Shown: one piece after another, positions 39,621 to 48,605 of the stretch
Numbering within the stretch: position 1 is the stretch's first letter
How the letters are laid out: every line of letters starts with the position of its first letter
From: Candidatus Bathyarchaeia archaeon
GTDB lineage: Archaea; Thermoproteota; Bathyarchaeia; Bathyarchaeales; Bathycorpusculaceae
Length of the DNA: 64,000 nucleotides
NCBI GenBank assembly: GCA_049970895.1
Contig: JBMFMB010000001.1
Coordinates: 96,001 to 160,000 of the forward strand
Reading direction: 5' to 3'
Notes under the pieces: generated by a model
Told to the model about the DNA's origin: nothing
Databases searched by the model: none
Seen by the model: only the letters and a program-made list of their open reading frames with translations
Program-made: the position numbers and the translations under genes

Positions 39621-40997
39621 TTAGAATCCCGCTTTGATTGGGTTGCGGGGTTTCATAAGCTCCCTTAGGGATATTGTGGCATATGATCCACGATGTAGTG
39701 TAAAGCTTATCTTCACCATGCTTTTCTGTGGATTTAAAGGATCTTTTGATATTTCCTCTATTCTAAAATCTTTTGATGTTGTTAGAACTATGCGCAAACC
39801 ACCTTTTAGGCTTAGTTCCGGCATCCCCTTCACTTTAAAGTTTTCAAGGGTTATTCCCTCTTCTTCTAAAACTTGTTTTTCAATTTCGCCTTGATAGCCC
39901 TCCGACAAGTGTTGCCTAAAACCGGCTAATGGTAGTGCCAAGCCCATTTTCCCAGAAGATATAGCGCTGTCTATTTCAGAAAGTTTCTCCCGGCTCGCAA
40001 TTTCGCGTAGCCTCTCGCTTGGCAAACCGGTAGCCTCGATTTTAACAACGTAGTCTCCATCCTCTGCAGCGTTTAATGGAAGTCCCAACGCTATTCTTCT
40101 GCTTAAAAACTTGTTAAAGAGATAAGCCTGATAGGCTTGGGGGAAAAGTATACGCAGTTTTATAGGCAGCTTTTTAAAAGCGCCTTTAAAGTCGTCTGGT
40201 TTCTTTGCCAAGTGTTTAAGCATCAAACGCTCGTAATACAAGTGTTTTGGAAAGGTTTTCAAGGCTTTCTTGAAGTCTTGTGTTCGGTAAAGTTCTTCGC
40301 GGGCAGTTCTCGACTCTGAATGTTCAAAGGGATACGACTTGGCGAGAAATAGCATCGCTGCTCTTCGAAAATCGCCTTTAACAATGGCTTTTCCAACTAG
40401 GTGAGTTATTGGACGGATTGTGCCGAAGCGTTGATGCCCAAAAAAGTTTGGCACTCCACCCAACGCTTCAATTTCTTTAACAACCTTTTCTATTCTTTGC
40501 TGGATAACTGTTTTTGTGTGGCTTAATGCGCGTACCGTTATTTTGAAGGAGTTTCCAAACAGGTAATAGGGTGAAAGTTTGGTTTTAAAATAGCCCAACG
40601 GGACAATTTTTATGTCTCTTATGCTTATATTTTTAACATCTTCAGGCTTAACATCTCTAATTGTTACGTGTTGGGCGGTGACGGCTTTTGCATCCTTTAT
40701 TCCAGCGATGTGAATTTTTTGAGGGCTTATCCCCAGCTGTTCTGCAATAGCCTCAAGAGCTTGGAAAGTGTCCCAGTTTCTCTTAACTAAAACACAAAGC
40801 AGGTAACGGCTGGTTAATGGCTGCTCATGGGTTGGCGGCGATATATGAGGAACTGACACTTCCGCTTTTGAGCCGTTCACCAGCAATTCTTCGACAATAA
40901 AGTCTTCACACGAATGCCTTATCACGCCTCCAATGCCCGGAGAGCTTGTGGCGTAAACTTCAATTCCAATGCTTTTTTCAAGTTTCGAAACGCGCAA
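39621..40997 (-). CDS. truD: tRNA pseudouridine(13) synthase
   Basis: EDFIVEE, AGIKDAKAVT.Q, GN.F, PNFFG.QRFG, GSYAT..LRE. Confidence 0.95.
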   Translation of the reverse strand: MRVSKLEKSIGIEVYATSSPGIGGVIRHSCEDFIVEELLVNGSKAEVSVPHISPPTHEQPLTSRYLLCVLVKRNWDTFQALEAIAEQLGISPQKIHIAGIKDAKAVTAQHVTIRDVKPEDVKNISIRDIKIVPLGYFKTKLSPYYLFGNSFKITVRALSHTKTVIQQRIEKVVKEIEALGGVPNFFGHQRFGTIRPITHLVGKAIVKGDFRRAAMLFLAKSYPFEHSESRTAREELYRTQDFKKALKTFPKHLYYERLMLKHLAKKPDDFKGAFKKLPIKLRILFPQAYQAYLFNKFLSRRIALGLPLNAAEDGDYVVKIEATGLPSERLREIASREKLSEIDSAISSGKMGLALPLAGFRQHLSEGYQGEIEKQVLEEEGITLENFKVKGMPELSLKGGLRIVLTTSKDFRIEEISKDPLNPQKSMVKISFTLHRGSYATISLRELMKPRNPIKAGF

Positions 40998-41010
40998 TTT
41001 TAAACCTCAA

Positions 41011-41388
41011 TCATAAAAGCGGGAGATTCCCGGTAATTTTATTAACCTTTTCAGCGGGGGCTGGACCTATCCCCAAACATGTTATTGTGCCGAAAGGAAT
41101 TTCTGTCAATCCCCTGTCGATGATTAAGGCGCAGGGTAAAGCCATCTCTTTCGCCTGCTTCTCCAGTGCTAAAAGTTCTGCTTCACTTTTAACCTTAACA
41201 ACAACTTTGCACTGCCCCTCGTTTAACCAAGCCTTCCACCACTTTTTTCTATGCTTACGGGCTTCCTCAGCTGCAGATACCGCTGCGTGTCCAGCTTGGG
41301 CTGCCGCCTTCCCCTTGCTAAGCTTTAAGTCTGAACGAAAAACAATAACTTGTTTGTAGCGGAACTCGCTCATGGACTGTTCAGCCAC
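41011..41388 (-). CDS. pth2: Peptidyl-tRNA hydrolase Pth2
   Basis: KQVIV.R.DL..SKGKAAAQ.GHA, GQCKVVVK, D.GLTE, GIGP. Confidence 0.95.
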   Translation of the reverse strand: MAEQSMSEFRYKQVIVFRSDLKLSKGKAAAQAGHAAVSAAEEARKHRKKWWKAWLNEGQCKVVVKVKSEAELLALEKQAKEMALPCALIIDRGLTEIPFGTITCLGIGPAPAEKVNKITGNLPLL

Positions 41389-41411
41389 TGCTACTTTGCC
41401 AAAATCCAGTT

Positions 41412-42644
41412 TTAAGTTTTCCCCAACATGTAATTAAGAAGGAGAAAGGCGAGCACCATTAAAGTCTTCGGGTTTTGCGCCAATTTAAGAAGAGTCCTTC
41501 CTTGGAAGTCTATCTCCTTTAAATCTTTCAAAGCCTCATTCAGCCGCAGTTTTTCACAGAGGCTTATAACGGCGTCCAAACTTTCGTCTGTAAGCCTATC
41601 CATAATTTCCCTAAGCTTAAGCATAACTTTCACATCAAAACCGAACATTTTCATGAAACGCTCCTGATACATGCTCAAAAATTCTGCAGAAAAGTCGCTT
41701 TTATCTAATGCCTCCGCAATTACGTCAGCGGCAATCCTCGCGCAGTTTAAACCAAATATTACTCCGCCGCCAGTTGTAGGCTTCACTTGTGAAGCAGCAT
41801 CGCCAACCACGAGAAAGCCGTTTGCGTATGCCTTTGCTATTGGTCCACCCAAAGTTATCGGATGATAGGATTCTCTGACCACTTTTGCATTTTGCAGTTT
41901 CGCTGAAACCGCTGGATGTTTACGCATAAGCCTTTGCAGAAAAGCCCGCGGGTCTCCTGTCTCTGTTGCCAAACCAACTTTTGCCTCCTCCTCATTTTTG
42001 GGAATTAGCCAAGCATAAAATCCAGGAGCATAACAGCTGCCGAGGACAACCTCGACGACGTCCGTTTCAACATCCTTAACATTTTCAACCTCAACCTGAA
42101 CCCCTTTAACAATTTTTCCACTTTTAGGCAGTGGCAATGCCGCTTGTCTCAGTATTCTTGCAGAGATCCCCTCAGCATCCAAAACTATCTTGCCAAAAAA
42201 TTCAGAGGACTTGCCATCCCTTTTAATGACGACACCTTTGACAAATCCGCCTTCAAATATTAAAGATTCAACTCTTGTGCTCATGCTATAGTGTGCACCA
42301 GCTTTTTGGGCTAGCTCTGCAATGTGCTTGTCAAACAAAGCGCGGTTTACAGTGCACGTTATTGATTTAGCTAGGCGGATAGTAAGCACTTTGCCACTTG
42401 GAGAATAAATCTTCGCCCCAGTAAACGTATTCTCAACAATGCCTCTTGATAACGGATAAAGTCCAAGATTTTTTAAGCCGTTAATGCTTATGTGACCGGA
42501 GCAGTGGCATGGAACACCAATTTCGTTGTGCTCCTCGAAGACCGCTATACTAAAGCCTCTTCTTGAAAGGTTTAGGGCGCTGAAGGAGCCGCATGGACCT
42601 CCTCCGATGACTATTACGTCTGAAAAATTTTTCATCTGCTGCAC
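41412..42644 (-). CDS. Geranylgeranyl reductase family FAD oxidoreductase
   Basis: GGGPCG, YAWLIP, VGDAASQVKPTTGGG. Confidence 0.88.
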   Translation of the reverse strand: MQQMKNFSDVIVIGGGPCGSFSALNLSRRGFSIAVFEEHNEIGVPCHCSGHISINGLKNLGLYPLSRGIVENTFTGAKIYSPSGKVLTIRLAKSITCTVNRALFDKHIAELAQKAGAHYSMSTRVESLIFEGGFVKGVVIKRDGKSSEFFGKIVLDAEGISARILRQAALPLPKSGKIVKGVQVEVENVKDVETDVVEVVLGSCYAPGFYAWLIPKNEEEAKVGLATETGDPRAFLQRLMRKHPAVSAKLQNAKVVRESYHPITLGGPIAKAYANGFLVVGDAASQVKPTTGGGVIFGLNCARIAADVIAEALDKSDFSAEFLSMYQERFMKMFGFDVKVMLKLREIMDRLTDESLDAVISLCEKLRLNEALKDLKEIDFQGRTLLKLAQNPKTLMVLAFLLLNYMLGKT

Positions 42645-42673
42645 GTTTAAAATTCTAAGGGAATCTGGAAAAT

Positions 42674-42901
42674 TTAGGCTATGAGCTCGACTCTCTTCTT
42701 TCCGCGGACAAGGGATGTTGTCCGTATTTTCCCGCCTATTTCAAGCTGCATAAGTGCCTTGTTGAAGTCTTTGTATCCGATGTCCTTGAATTCCTCGCTT
42801 AAGTATTCGAAAAGCTCTGTGTCTGTCATAGCACCCTTCTTTTTCAAGATTTCAAGCAGTGCATGGTAGATGGGTTGGGTTTTCCAAAGCTTTGTTGGCA
42901 C
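42674..42901 (-). CDS. Small winged-helix protein downstream of cdc48
   Basis: EILKKKG..TD.ELF...FNKALMQLEI.GKI. Confidence 0.7.
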   Translation of the reverse strand: MPTKLWKTQPIYHALLEILKKKGAMTDTELFEYLSEEFKDIGYKDFNKALMQLEIGGKIRTTSLVRGKKRVELIA

Positions 42902-42914
42902 GTCATCCTCTCTC

Positions 42915-45086
42915 CTAGGCTACTGGCGTTGCTGGCTTTTGCACTTGGCGGACTTGCTGCATGAAACTCTTGTACCATTTCTCCATGTCCGGCGTTATGG
43001 AAGGCCCTATGCGTTTTAAGGCCTCTTCAAAGTCTTTCATCGTAACCTCCTTCGCGTTTATGTCGCTTCTCAAGGCTTGCATGGCTGCCTCTCTGCAAAC
43101 CGCCTCAATGTCTGCGCCTGAATAGTTCTTCGTCATGGCAGCTAAAGTTTCAAGGTTGACATCTTTGGCAAGGGGCATGTTCCTAGTGTAGATCTTGAAT
43201 ATTTGGAGACGGCTCTTCTCGTCTGGTTCTGGCACATATATAAGCCTGTCAAATCTTCCTGGGCGAAGCACTGCTGGGTCAACTATGTCAGGCCTGTTTG
43301 TGGCTGCAATAACAACAATATCTTCTAAGGTTACTATGCCATCCATCTCTGTTAAGAGTTGGCTTATCACACGTTCTGTTACGCCGCTGTCTGCAAATCC
43401 TAAACCACGACGAGGCACAAGCGAGTCAATCTCATCAAAGAATATGACCGCTGGCGCCGCCATCCGCGCTTTTCTAAAGACTTCCCTTATGGCCTTTTCA
43501 GATTCGCCAACCCATTTGGAGAAGACTTCTGGACCTTTAATCGTTATGAAGTTGGCTTCGCTTTCCGTTGCCACAGCCCTAGCCAACAAAGTCTTACCAC
43601 AACCCGGCGGCCCATAAAGCAGTATGCCCTTAGGAGGCTTTATCCCCATGCGCTTGAAGATGTCAGGATGCTTTAGAGGCCATTCAACTGCTTCTCTGAG
43701 CTCCTGCTTAACCTCTTCCAGTCCGCCGATGTCGTCCCAATGAACTGCTGGAACTTCAACGTAAACTTCCCGCATGGCTGTCGGCGTAACTTCCTTGTAC
43801 GCGTTTAGGAAGTCCTCCATCTTAACCTCCATTTTCTCCAGAACTTCTGGTGGTATGCGCTCCTCCTCAAGGTTTATCTGCGGCAAGTATCGCCTCAACG
43901 CCTTCATGGCAGTTTCTCTACAAAGCGCCGCCAAGTCTGCACCAGTATATCCATGGGTCATTTCAGCAAGCTTCTTAAGGTCTACATCCTCAGCCAGCGG
44001 CATTCCCCGAGTGTGAATCTGGAGAATTTCGTATCTTCCCTGCTTGTCTGGAACACCTATTTCAATTTCTCTATCAAACCTTCCAGGTCTGCGAAGAGCT
44101 GGGTCAAGGGCGTTGGGCCTATTGGTTGCACCTATAACTATGACGTTTCCTCTTCCGGACAAGCCGTCCATTAGGGCTAAGAGCTGCGCCACAACACGCC
44201 TTTCAACTTCACCTGTTACCTCCTCCCGTTTTGGTGCAATGGCGTCCAACTCGTCGATGAATATTATGCTTGGAGCATTCTGCTGGGCTTGTTGGAAAAT
44301 CTCCCTTAAGCGTGCCTCAGACTCGCCATAAAACTTGCTCATAATTTCCGGCCCGTTTATGGAGAAGAAGTTGGCCTCAGACTCGTTTGCCACAGCCCTA
44401 GCCAACAAAGTCTTACCACAACCCGGCGGCCCGTGCAGCAACACTCCTTTTGGGGGTTCTATGCCAAGCCTTTGGAAGAGCTCCGGATGCCTCAGCGGAA
44501 GCTCCACCATCTCGCGAACTCTTTGAATTTCCTCATGGAGACCACCTATGTCTTCGTATGTTGTTCTCGGCACTCCTTTCCCTTCTGGGGCTGGCTCGCT
44601 GAGAATTGTCAGCTTGGTTTCTGGGGTAACTTTCACAATGCCGTGAGGCCTAGTTTTCGTCACAACAAAGGGTATGGCGTGGCCAAGCATCATGACAAGG
44701 GTTGTGTCCCCTTCAACCAAAGTTCTTTCCATCAGGCGGTTCTTGACAAAGTTTGTGAAATCTTCGTCCACGTTTAAGCGCATGTCCACCGGGGCTAGCG
44801 TGACATTCAAGGCTTCTTTAACCTTTGCAGGCCTCACAATGACGTATTCGTTGATGGCCACTCCTGCGTTTTTGCGGGTAAAGCCGTCTATGCGTATTAT
44901 GTCGCGGTTTTGGTCTTCGCTGTAGGCTGGCCATGCTATGGCTGATGTTGTCCTTTTGCCAACTATTTCTATCACGTCGCCTGCGCTTATGCCTAGCTTT
45001 TGCATTGTCCTCTGGTCTATTCTGGCTATTCCTCTACCAACGTCTCTTTGCCTTGCATCTCCGACACGAAGCTGAACTTCGCTCAC
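42915..45086 (-). CDS. cdc48: AAA ATPase Cdc48/VCP
   Basis: N-domain [10 protein letters not shown]; two AAA modules with [18 protein letters not shown]. Confidence 0.97.
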   Translation of the reverse strand: MSEVQLRVGDARQRDVGRGIARIDQRTMQKLGISAGDVIEIVGKRTTSAIAWPAYSEDQNRDIIRIDGFTRKNAGVAINEYVIVRPAKVKEALNVTLAPVDMRLNVDEDFTNFVKNRLMERTLVEGDTTLVMMLGHAIPFVVTKTRPHGIVKVTPETKLTILSEPAPEGKGVPRTTYEDIGGLHEEIQRVREMVELPLRHPELFQRLGIEPPKGVLLHGPPGCGKTLLARAVANESEANFFSINGPEIMSKFYGESEARLREIFQQAQQNAPSIIFIDELDAIAPKREEVTGEVERRVVAQLLALMDGLSGRGNVIVIGATNRPNALDPALRRPGRFDREIEIGVPDKQGRYEILQIHTRGMPLAEDVDLKKLAEMTHGYTGADLAALCRETAMKALRRYLPQINLEEERIPPEVLEKMEVKMEDFLNAYKEVTPTAMREVYVEVPAVHWDDIGGLEEVKQELREAVEWPLKHPDIFKRMGIKPPKGILLYGPPGCGKTLLARAVATESEANFITIKGPEVFSKWVGESEKAIREVFRKARMAAPAVIFFDEIDSLVPRRGLGFADSGVTERVISQLLTEMDGIVTLEDIVVIAATNRPDIVDPAVLRPGRFDRLIYVPEPDEKSRLQIFKIYTRNMPLAKDVNLETLAAMTKNYSGADIEAVCREAAMQALRSDINAKEVTMKDFEEALKRIGPSITPDMEKWYKSFMQQVRQVQKPATPVA
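43568..44432. repeat. 46-nt exact direct repeat (43568-43613 and 44387-44432) inside cdc48
   Basis: ttgccacagccctagccaacaaagtcttaccacaacccggcggccc occurs twice and encodes [15 protein letters not shown] of both D1 and D2. Confidence 0.9.
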
Positions 45087-45156
45087 CTAAAACCCTTCCA
45101 CAATTATTGGTTGCTCTGTTTCGAAACATAGTAAATCTCTATATAAAGGTTTAACC

Positions 45157-45432
45157 TTATCTGCTTACCCTTCTAACCATTATTGTTTGCACTTGGCTTA
45201 TTTCGCTTATCTGCTCAAAACGTTTTTCCAACTCTTCAAGCACTCCACTCTTATCCTCAGGAATTTTGATGGCGCAAATTAAGGCGTTTAAGCCAAAAGC
45301 TATAGGCTCTTCACCATAACCATATATGGTTGCAAATTCCGGCAGAGAAGCCTCAATCTTCTTCTTCAAATCCTCAAAATTCACAGTTATGTCTGTCGGA
45401 AAAATTTTGTAAGAAATTATAACATTTCCCAC
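45157..45432 (-). CDS. ef1b: Translation elongation factor 1-beta
   Basis: EEPIAFGLNAL; SD GGAGGTG. Confidence 0.93.
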   Translation of the reverse strand: MGNVIISYKIFPTDITVNFEDLKKKIEASLPEFATIYGYGEEPIAFGLNALICAIKIPEDKSGVLEELEKRFEQISEISQVQTIMVRRVSR

Positions 45433-45825
45433 ATTTTACACCTCCTATGGTCCAACAAAACCGCGCTTAAAGTGACGGAGAGCGAAATCCCGCAAACCCC
45501 CATTTTCTATTCTTTTATGTTTAGCGTGATTTACATAGCTATTAATAAGGCTATTGGTAGTGGTAACGCGGGCGACACTGTTAAGTTATTGATGCTGAGG
45601 CAATCTTTTAAAGTTTGATGCGGCCTTACGAAGTTATACCACAAGATAAATGTGACGCCAGCTTGTTGCTAAATTCGGACAAAAATTTATTAAAAGAAAT
45701 AAAACTTGTGAAAGCCGAGTTTTAATGATGGAACACCATTCTATGGAGGCAACATGATTAGAATGGTTATGCCTATGCCCAGAAGACTGTTTAAAGTATT
45801 CCCATTTTTCTATAAAATTGCGAAC

Positions 45826-46071
45826 TCATTTTTGTATTTGTGCTGTTAAGTAGGTTATGAATAGCTTTTCTAATTCGAGTATTTCGGTTGTGAGGACGTA
45901 GATGGCCTTTGATGTGTAATCTCTAACCTTAACGGCATAGCTGATCTCTTCCTTTAGGAGCTTTTCCCTTTCAAGGATAAGCCTTCTAGCCTCCTCCAAA
46001 CTCTTAATGAACTCTTCCATCCGTTCAACTCTAAAACTCAAAACATCACCTCCCACATAACAGTTTAACAA
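45826..46071 (-). CDS. Hypothetical helical protein inside the element
   Basis: GGAGGTGA SD before TTG (MSFRVERMEEF...); true start probably ~46041. Confidence 0.45.
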   Translation of the reverse strand: MLNCYVGGDVLSFRVERMEEFIKSLEEARRLILEREKLLKEEISYAVKVRDYTSKAIYVLTTEILELEKLFITYLTAQIQK

Positions 46072-46321
46072 GGCATCTAGAACTAAAAGCGTTTTTAAAT
46101 ATGATTACCCAGCAAACTTTTTAGATAAGCCTTGCCCGGCGCCATATCCATTAGGAAAAAGCTAAACTTTTGATAAGCCTGAATGTAAAGGATGCATTTA
46201 CAGGGTAGCCGATATTGCTGGAACGAGTGCCCTTACAATTTGTGGCGAGACTTTAATGGCAAGCTTTTAAAGGCTGGAGGTTAAATTGGAATTGAAGATT
46301 GTTACGGGTGGTTTTTAACCG

Positions 46322-46928
46322 GTGAGGGTGCGATTAACTCTCAGAAATATCTAGCAGGGACGAGTTGTTTTGCCTACAGATTATAATTAGCTAATTCAAG
46401 CTGCCATTTATAGTAGTGTTTCGCGAGAGCTGGCCGATTTTCTGCATGATAGAGGCTATCTCTTTGGCAAGAGGCAGTTTAAAATGTTTACGTTTTCAGG
46501 GCTTGGAGGGTATTGCATGTTGAATAGGGATAAAAAGCAGTTCGTTTTTGAAGGCGACATAACCTTATATATTTCTTCCCCTATCGAGAAATTTTGTTCA
46601 GGATCTTGCAACTACTATTGTTAAGAAAGGGTTTATCGTTTGGGCCAAAACATGCTTAAAGTGACTGACCTGGCTTTCCCCGCGAAGCCAGCTTTGAAAG
46701 ACCGTGAGCTGAGGGTTCGCATGCTGTCTCCTTTGACGATATACAGCACGCTCATGACCCTTGACGGCAAGAAAAAGACGTACTATTTTCACCTTACGAA
46801 AAAGAGTTTCCAGTCCTGGTAAATTCAAATGTAAAGAAGAAGCACTTTTTAATTTCGGGAAAAAACATTAAATCTGACCTTAAGGTTAAACCTTTAAAGT
46901 TTAGAGAAGTGATCACAATATATAAGGG
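46322..46928 (+). pseudogene. cas6: CRISPR endoribonuclease Cas6 pseudogene
   Basis: MRVRLTLRNI*..LPTDYN*LIQAAIY..ELADFLHDRGY..GKRQFKMFTFS..ISSP, then frameshifts, LSPLTIYST..KKKTYY..IYKG; lacks the Gly-rich C-terminus. Confidence 0.85.
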
Positions 46929-47072
46929 CTTGAAACCGTTTTTTACCCAAATTTTCACCCCCCTTGATCAAGAGGCTGATTTCAGCCCTGCTGGACCTAC
47001 ACCCTCCCCCTACATTTTCTGTGAAATGAATATGCCCGTGACCGTGCCGAGTTGCGAGGATACCTATAAGGG
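46921..47072 (+). CRISPR. Collapsed CRISPR remnant: two partial copies of one 30-nt repeat
   Basis: TATAAGGGCTTGAAAC (46921-46936) and GTTGCGAGGATACCTATAAGGG (47051-47072) overlap to give GTTGCGAGGATACCTATAAGGGCTTGAAAC. Confidence 0.55.
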
Positions 47073-47190
47073 TGACGAGCACCACTCAGCCGTCGCAAAA
47101 ACAGTTGATGAGGCAAGAGGCCTCATAAAGGCAGGCTTCGAATACGTATGCGACATAGAGGGCGTCAAACTGTTCAGAAAACGTAAGTAG
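47065..47190 (+). pseudogene. C-terminal fragment of a tyrosine recombinase/integrase
   Basis: DEHHSAVAKTVDEARGLIKAGFEYVCDIEGVKLFRKRK*, a tail recalled from Bathyarchaeia integrases; ends next to the att core. Confidence 0.7.
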
Positions 47191-47205
47191 GTCCTACAAA
47201 TGTCC

Positions 47206-47394
47206 CTAGGGACCCGTAAAACCGCATTTTGGGCATTTATATTGGCGTCCAAACTTGCGGCACTTTTTGCAGCGCCTAATTAAGATTTCTCCACAGTTTG
47301 GGCAGAAAAACTTTGTAGCTTCCGCTCCGGGCGGAATAGGCTTGCCGCAGCTTGTGCATGTAACTAGTGTTATTGTTGCTGTTTTTTCAGCCAT
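47206..47394 (-). CDS. Zn-finger protein (DUF1610/HVO_2753-like) normally co-transcribed with ef1b
   Basis: CTSCG...F.CPNCG...I.RC..CRK....[10 protein letters not shown]. Confidence 0.9.
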   Translation of the reverse strand: MAEKTATITLVTCTSCGKPIPPGAEATKFFCPNCGEILIRRCKKCRKFGRQYKCPKCGFTGP

Positions 47395-47514
47395 TACTAT
47401 TCCTCAACCGTAATGGTTGTAATTGTCAAGCTTCCTTATAAAATGTGCTGTACCGTCAGTATTAGCAAATTTATTATCCAAGTTTAACCTATGCATTATT
47501 TAGCGGGAACCGTT

Positions 47515-48549
47515 TTGGGAGTAAACCTTCGGGACATTGTTCCAAAAATGGTCGTAAAGCTTGAGGATTTAAGTGGAAAATCTATAGCCATAGACGCCTA
47601 CAACGCGCTTTACCAGTTTCTGGCTATAATCCGCCAGCCCGACGGCACACCGTTAAAGGATAGCAGCGGGCGCATTACAAGCCATTTAAGCGGACTCCTC
47701 TACAGAACAAGCAACCTTGTAGAGTTGGGAATAAAACCTATATACGTCTTTGACGGAGTGCCGCCAGCCCTTAAAGAGGCTGAGATTAAAAGGCGCATGA
47801 AAGCCAAGGAAGAAGCCCTAATAAAGTATGAGCAGGCTTTAAGGGAGGGAAAAATTGAAGAAGCCAGAATGTATGCGCAAGCTACTGCAAGCCTTAAGGA
47901 TTATATGGCTGAGGACAGCAAGCGCCTCCTAGACTTGATGGGCATCCCATGGGTTCAGGCTCCAAGTGAAGGTGAAGCCCAAGCCGCCCACATTGTTAAG
48001 CGGGGAGACGCCGACTACTGCGCAAGCCAAGACTATGACTGCCTACTTTTCGGTGCTCCCCGTCTTGTTAGAAACGTGACCATTTCTGGGAGACGAAAGT
48101 TGCCTGGAAAAAACGTTTACATCGAGGTCGAGCCAGAAGTCATTGAGCTTGAGCAGGTTTTGAAAGAGTGCGGAATAACTCATGAACAGTTAATTGATGT
48201 GGGAATATTGGTGGGAACGGACTTTAATCCAGAAGGCATAAAAGGGCTTGGACCAAAAACAGCCTTAAAACTCATAAAAGAGTATGGAAGCCTAGAAAAT
48301 GCCCTACCCCACATTAAGAATGCTGAGTTCCCTGTGGAGCCGCAAAAAATCAAGGAGATTTTCCTACATCCAAAAGTGACGGATAATTACAAGATAGAGT
48401 GGCGGGAGCCCGACGTGGAGGGAGTTTTAGACTTTATATGCCGTGAAAGGGACTTTTCAGAAGATCGCGTTAGAAAAGCTTTGGAAAAAATGCAGAAGGG
48501 AATATCTAAGCTGAAGGGAAAAACAACGCTTGAAAGATGGTTCGGATAA
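47515..48549 (+). CDS. fen: Flap endonuclease 1
   Basis: IDAYNALYQFL, TSHLSG, APSEGEAQAA, SQDYD.LLFG, GTDFN, PIP-like TLERWF. Confidence 0.97.
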   Translation: MGVNLRDIVPKMVVKLEDLSGKSIAIDAYNALYQFLAIIRQPDGTPLKDSSGRITSHLSGLLYRTSNLVELGIKPIYVFDGVPPALKEAEIKRRMKAKEEALIKYEQALREGKIEEARMYAQATASLKDYMAEDSKRLLDLMGIPWVQAPSEGEAQAAHIVKRGDADYCASQDYDCLLFGAPRLVRNVTISGRRKLPGKNVYIEVEPEVIELEQVLKECGITHEQLIDVGILVGTDFNPEGIKGLGPKTALKLIKEYGSLENALPHIKNAEFPVEPQKIKEIFLHPKVTDNYKIEWREPDVEGVLDFICRERDFSEDRVRKALEKMQKGISKLKGKTTLERWFG

Positions 48550-48605
48550 GCTAGACATATAGGAAATTTTTAATTCCATCCTACCTTAATAGAACAGTTT
48601 CTCAT

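Larger units (their letters stand above)
45457..47225. mobile_element. Decayed integrative element between ef1b and a Zn-finger gene
   Basis: AAAACCGC core at 45457-45464 and 47218-47225; duplicated 3' end of the Zn-finger gene; contains cas6, CRISPR and integrase debris. Confidence 0.75.

Noticed and set aside
46921-47072. TATAAGGG as target-site duplication of a MITE
   Set aside because: No terminal inverted repeats, and the flanks belong to different genes. It is better explained as a shared part of a CRISPR repeat.
46909-47190. 93-aa ORF as a real gene
   Set aside because: It is a chimeric read-through of the cas6 end, CRISPR remnant and integrase tail.
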